Part shown: one piece after another, positions 59,861 to 64,000 of the stretch | How positions within the stretch are numbered: the first letter of the stretch is position 1 | How the letters are laid out: every line of letters starts with the position of its first letter | Source of the DNA: Anthoceros angustus | Lineage: Eukaryota; Plantae; Anthocerotophyta | Length of the DNA stretch: 64,000 nt | NCBI GenBank assembly: GCA_010909165.1 | Contig: MU008198.1 | Coordinates: 402,216 to 466,215, forward strand | Direction: 5' to 3' | Made by a program: the position numbers and the translations under genes | The notes under the pieces: generated by a model | What the model was told of the DNA's origin: nothing | Database searches by the model: none | Seen by the model: the letters and a program-made list of their open reading frames with translations, nothing else

Positions 59861-61814
59861 ATGGCTGTTGCTTTGTCCAGGGCGGTGGCATTCGGCATGA
59901 CAGCTACCCACCACAGCAGCAGCCGGACTCCCCGCTGCTTGAGCTCGGATTTCCTGCCCATCTCTACATGCAGACTGTTGAATGATTCATTGATCCCCAC
60001 CCGCCGTGCTCGAATTGGCGACTCAGGCAGGTGGGTTGGAATGTAGTGGAATGGAGAGTAAGGGAATGGAATTGGATGGGATGGCTTGACAGGGAGCCTT
60101 GACAGTAATTTCGTGTGAGAAGCAGACAGTGTTGCAGACGTGAGCAGCGTTTGGCTGCTCCGCAGGTGGTGGGGGCAGACTATTGTTCGGTCAGCTTTGG
60201 TTAGTGATGTAGAAGAAGACAGGAGCACTGAACCGGAAGGTGAATCTGGAGCCACCAGGCAGGGACTGGAGAAATGGATTGTCAAGGGGGAGCAAGCTTT
60301 TAACGTCTTTGCCACTGTACGTTTAAAGCAAGTGGTTATCTTGGGCTCATTCAGAGTTGCAGTACAGTGAATGTGGGATGCTTGTTTTCTAAGGCGATTA
60401 CGTCACTGCACAGGAAGCAGTTATCAAAATTCTGGATGCCTTCTATCAAGACCGAGCGTTTGCAAGATTTTATGTTTTGGAGACAATTGCACGAGTGCCT
60501 TACTTCGGTATGTGTCTCAGACTGGTTGAATCAGTGCAAGAGGTTTCGTCAATTACACATCACAATGTGTGAACTGATAACTGTCCTCCCTGTTCAGCCT
60601 TTGTGTCTGTGCTACATATGTATGAGAGTTTTGGCTGGTGGAGACGGTCGGATTATCTCAAGGTCCACTTCGCTGAGAGTTGGAATGAGCTGCACCACCT
60701 TCTTGTGATGGAGGTTAATGCCTCGACTTCGTGCACAACCTGTGCTGTGATATTTCAAGCGTGCTCTGTTCTAGGGTCTTGCTTGAGCCGGTGAGGTCTG
60801 ACAGTGCACTTGTGTTGTCCAGGCATTGGGTGGAGATAAGAGGTGGGTGGACCGGTTCTTGGCACAGCACGTGGCTGTAGGATATTATTTCATGACAGTT
60901 GTGATGTACCTCTTGAGTCCTAGAATGGCATGTAAGACTTCCTCCCTGTGCCCTTACATCCCTTAGGCTGCCAGCAACTTTCGCAGTTGTGAAATGCACT
61001 TTCTGCCATGGGCCTGCTCTTTCTGACATGGGCCTTTCTTGTTTTAGATCATTTCTCAGAATGTGTTGAGAAGCATGCTTATCACACGTACGATGAATTC
61101 ATCAAGACTCATGGAGGTGATTGTTTTTATATGGATTCATGATGTGAGTCAGATCTTCCTGCTTCAGTGTTGTGGGAGAAGAGTTAAAGGAACTTCCTGC
61201 TCTTCATGTTACGGAGGTGATTGTTCAGTGCTGAAAGGGGTTCATGCCACCTGCAGAAGAGCTGAAGAAACTTCCTGCTCCTGAGGTTGCTGTGCAGTAC
61301 TACACGCAGGGTGACCTTTACATGTTTGGTGAGTTGGCTATCACAACAGCTCTGTGCCTTGCATCACTCAGTTCCCGTCTCAAACTTATGTCAGACACTG
61401 ATTCCAGAAACCTGCCTCTTCACAGATGAATTCCAAACGGATCGTGTCCCTGAGTCACGGCGGCCACGAGTTGGTAAGACACTTTCTCACCATATGATAT
61501 CTTCATGAAGCTCTGAACTTTGTTTACCTCCATCTGTGAGTTGTGTGCCTGATGTCGCAGATAATCTTTATGATGTATTTTACAACATCCGAGAAGATGA
61601 AGCCCAGCATTGCAAGACCATGAATGCTTGCCAAACCCGAGGCAATCTCAGGTCTCCACACAGTCACAGCAGACAGGAGAGTGCTGAAGGAGACAGGACG
61701 ATATCGACGGCTGCCGAGTGTGCTGGGATCTTCGAGTGTGCTGTCACTGCAAGCTCATTTGCGGAACGAGCAGAGAGGGAAGGTGTTCAAATTGGTGTTC
61801 CTATTTCCAAATGA
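59861..61814 (+). CDS. PTOX: Plastid terminal oxidase (PTOX/IMMUTANS), multi-exon
   Basis: DTVIKILD..RFYVLETIARVPYF|..LHMYESFGWWRRSDYLKVHFAESWNELHHLLVME|ALGG..W.DRFLAQH..|YHFSECVEKHAYHTYDEFI|EELKKLPAPEVAV.YY..GDLYMF|DEFQT..RRP|DNLYDVFYNIREDEAQHCKTM.ACQ. Confidence 0.96.
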
Positions 61815-62491
61815 AGCCGCACATATGAACTACTGACAGGGATTAGGTCTATTCCTCTTCATGGCACTGAGAGGGTGGAGAAGGTTTCGCTCATGTCTTA
61901 ATTTTTTCTGGATGGAGACTCTGGTATGAAACATGTAGCCCTTGACTTGAGCACTTGGTGGGTGGGAACTTCGGAAGCGGCCATGAACATGAGATGGTGG
62001 GTGGGAACTTCGGAAGGCGACCATGAATAGGGTCCTTATCTTATGCGTTTTCTTGTCTTTCTATTCTTCTTTAATTACCATAAAATTCATAGGGAAGAGC
62101 TGGATTTCAATTTCAGATTGATAATATTGTTAAATTAAAGATACTCTCTCCTAACTCAGAGGGGTTCAATTTGAGCTTTGGGGTTCTTAGGGGAAAGAGC
62201 TGTTTACATGGAAAGCCGTGCCAAAGCCTATTCATATGTAGACTGCTGGAAATGACCCAAGAATGTAGTTTGTCCCTTGTGCCGGAAAGACTAGGGAATT
62301 GAGCAGGGCGTAGTCTTTAGTAGTGATTTCAAAGTTAGAAACGAGGCCCTGCTATAAGAGGTGGCCTCCTTGTTTGTAAGAGGAAGCCCGGTTCCTCTAT
62401 GAAGCTATGGCCTTTGCTCCTACAAGCCATCTCTTTTGTTCGAAGTCTCATGTAGGTCTATCGGTGAGACAAGATGTCCGGCGTAGGAGTT

Positions 62492-62780
62492 GAGAGGTAT
62501 CAAGGCATTCTTGCAACGCTCCACTGAAGGACCCCTTCCGATAGCCACATCATCGGATGGTTCTGCTTTGAGAGGTATCAGGGCATTCTTGCAACACTCC
62601 ACTGAAGGACCCCTTCCGGTAGCCACATCATCGGATGGTTCTGCTTTGAGAGGTATCAAGGCATTCTTGCAACACTCCACTGAAGGACCCCTTCTGCTTT
62701 GAGAGGTATCAAGGCATTCTTGCAACACTCCACTGAAGCACCCCTTCCGTTAGCCACATCATCGGATGGTTTTGCTTTGA
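62492..62780. repeat. 78-bp tandem repeat, ~3.7 copies
   Basis: gagaggtatca at 62492, 62570, 62648 and 62701 (one unit truncated). Confidence 0.92.
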
Positions 62781-62804
62781 TACGCTCAGACTGGGGATGG
62801 CGAT

Positions 62805-62970
62805 AGCGCTAGTCTATACGATGCATGCGTACAACCCTCACAAGAAGTGGATTGCTAGTCTGTATGATGCATGCGTACAACCCTCAGGAAGTGGATTGCC
62901 ATTAGGAAGTGGATTGCTAGTCTGTACGATGCATGCGTACAACCCTCACAGGAAGTGGATTGCCATTAGG
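62805..62970. repeat. ~46-65-bp degenerate direct repeats x3
   Basis: gctagtct(a/g)ta(c/t)gatgcatgcgtacaaccctca occurs three times. Confidence 0.85.
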
Positions 62971-63249
62971 CCGTAGCCCAAAGCCAGATTGTTGGGAAGA
63001 AACGGCATTATATGAGCCCTCATGCCTGAGGCAAGCTAGCTGATGGAATCCCTTGGCGAGTGGTAGTACGAAGGAGCCTGTACATTTCCTGACTTGTGTG
63101 TGTGATCCCGTTCTAACATAAGAAGAAGAATTTTATTGAAGTCCACTAAGGACGAATTTCTGTCATGGACTTGGTACTTAACAACTTGTACCATGCTGTG
63201 CCTAAGCTACTTGCACCAAGGGCATCCACTCCCTTCAGGACCCCATCTA

Positions 63250-64000
63250 ACTACCGATCTAAGCGCAAAATGCTTAATCACGACGTTCTTATAAATATGT
63301 GTCCATTTGGCCTAAGCCATTTGGACATGCCTCATACATTATCATGTCATGAATGTGCATTGGTATATCTAACAGGGCCATGGGGTTTGGATTGAATCGT
63401 TTAAGCCATGTTTGGGCTTCTACATTTATTTTTAAATGGAATTTTTCCTTTGGATCTTTGAGCGAACATGCCAACAAAGGGTAGACTCTGCGATATGCAC
63501 AATTTTACAACATCATCTTCACTGCCTTTCAGGCCTCTCGAAATTCCTGCACGGATTACGTGAGCCCATAGTCGGGATGGTGCCTCCAGCCGAGATGGTC
63601 CCCCCGGCCTTATCTTGTGTCTGGTAGCCCGCTTCAGCACAGAAAGCCTATCAACACTTAGAATTTGGTGACCAGGTAGCACCCTCTAGCTACTTGGAGG
63701 AGCCAGATGTTGGTTTCAAAGTTTGAGGAGCATGTTATAGGGCTCTATTGAGGCCCATTTTTGTTGTACATGTGCGTGATGCTACCATGGTGAGGTGAGC
63801 ACTCAAAGAATTAGAGTTGTGTTCCTTCGTATCTTGCACAATGATCCCCAGCCCGCCCCTCTTGTCATGATGGCCTTGAAAATAATGGATGAAGCTTACC
63901 ATATCAGAAAGTTTTCCTAAAGTAATGTGTAAGTAGAGGACATCACAGTGGAATTACTAAAGTTGGGCACAAACGCATTCTATTTTTATTTACTTAGTTA
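63250..64000 (-). mobile_element. Degenerate non-LTR (L1-like) retrotransposon fragment, region downstream of RT
   Basis: Broken frames give KLF*YGKLH..TRGGGLGIIVQD...N, resembling the post-RT FxW...GGLGIxD..N motif of plant L1 ORF2. Multiple stops; no RT core is visible in the window. Confidence 0.4.

Noticed and set aside
51759-61814. Run of five consecutive apparently plastid-targeted genes as an operon-like cluster
   Set aside because: The genes are unrelated in pathway and mixed in orientation, and plastid-targeted genes are common, so chance adjacency in a compact genome suffices without co-expression or synteny data.
62420-62728. ORFs with RGPSVECCKNALIPLKAEPSDDVA repeats
   Set aside because: Translation of a 78-bp tandem repeat with no coding evidence.

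Overview
Gene-dense (compact, mostly ~85-190-nt introns) nuclear DNA of a non-seed land plant. It is most likely a hornwort such as Anthoceros; this is inferred from a DYW:KP/GRP-type PPR, a flagellar CFAP157 gene, short introns and tight gene spacing. Supported genes in order: rhodanese STR14 (-), PUB62-like U-box protein with a long C-terminal extension (-), PLS-PPR with an N-terminal OSB-type PDF motif and a DYW:KP 'GRP' domain (-, frameshifted in this sequence) followed by a DYW remnant, an AT-rich two-exon orphan with a signal peptide (-), an At4g14100-like secreted protein (+), a STIG1-family protein (+), a bacterial GlnA4-like glutamine synthetase-family enzyme with a transit peptide (-), RNA Pol III RPC3 (-), CFAP157 (+), a ~1,500-aa coiled-coil protein (-), PPR5/EMB2453-like (-), a DnaJ-type Zn-finger protein (+), a two-RRM protein with a giant acidic repeat region (-), a small paralogous disordered protein (-) and PTOX (+). 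Repeat-rich accessory tracts occupy ~0.8-6.6, 21.5-25.2, 29.8-35.4 and 62-64 kb. Two ~1.5-1.6-kb near-exact tandem duplications may be long-read assembly artefacts. Strongest finding: two tandem, same-phase, 103-nt homologous exons in STR14, each carrying the conserved Cys of the predicted active-site loop. Exactly one must be spliced in to keep the frame, which is the signature of mutually exclusive exons. All gene models were traced by hand from GT/GC-AG sites and family resemblance recalled from memory; no database searches were run.
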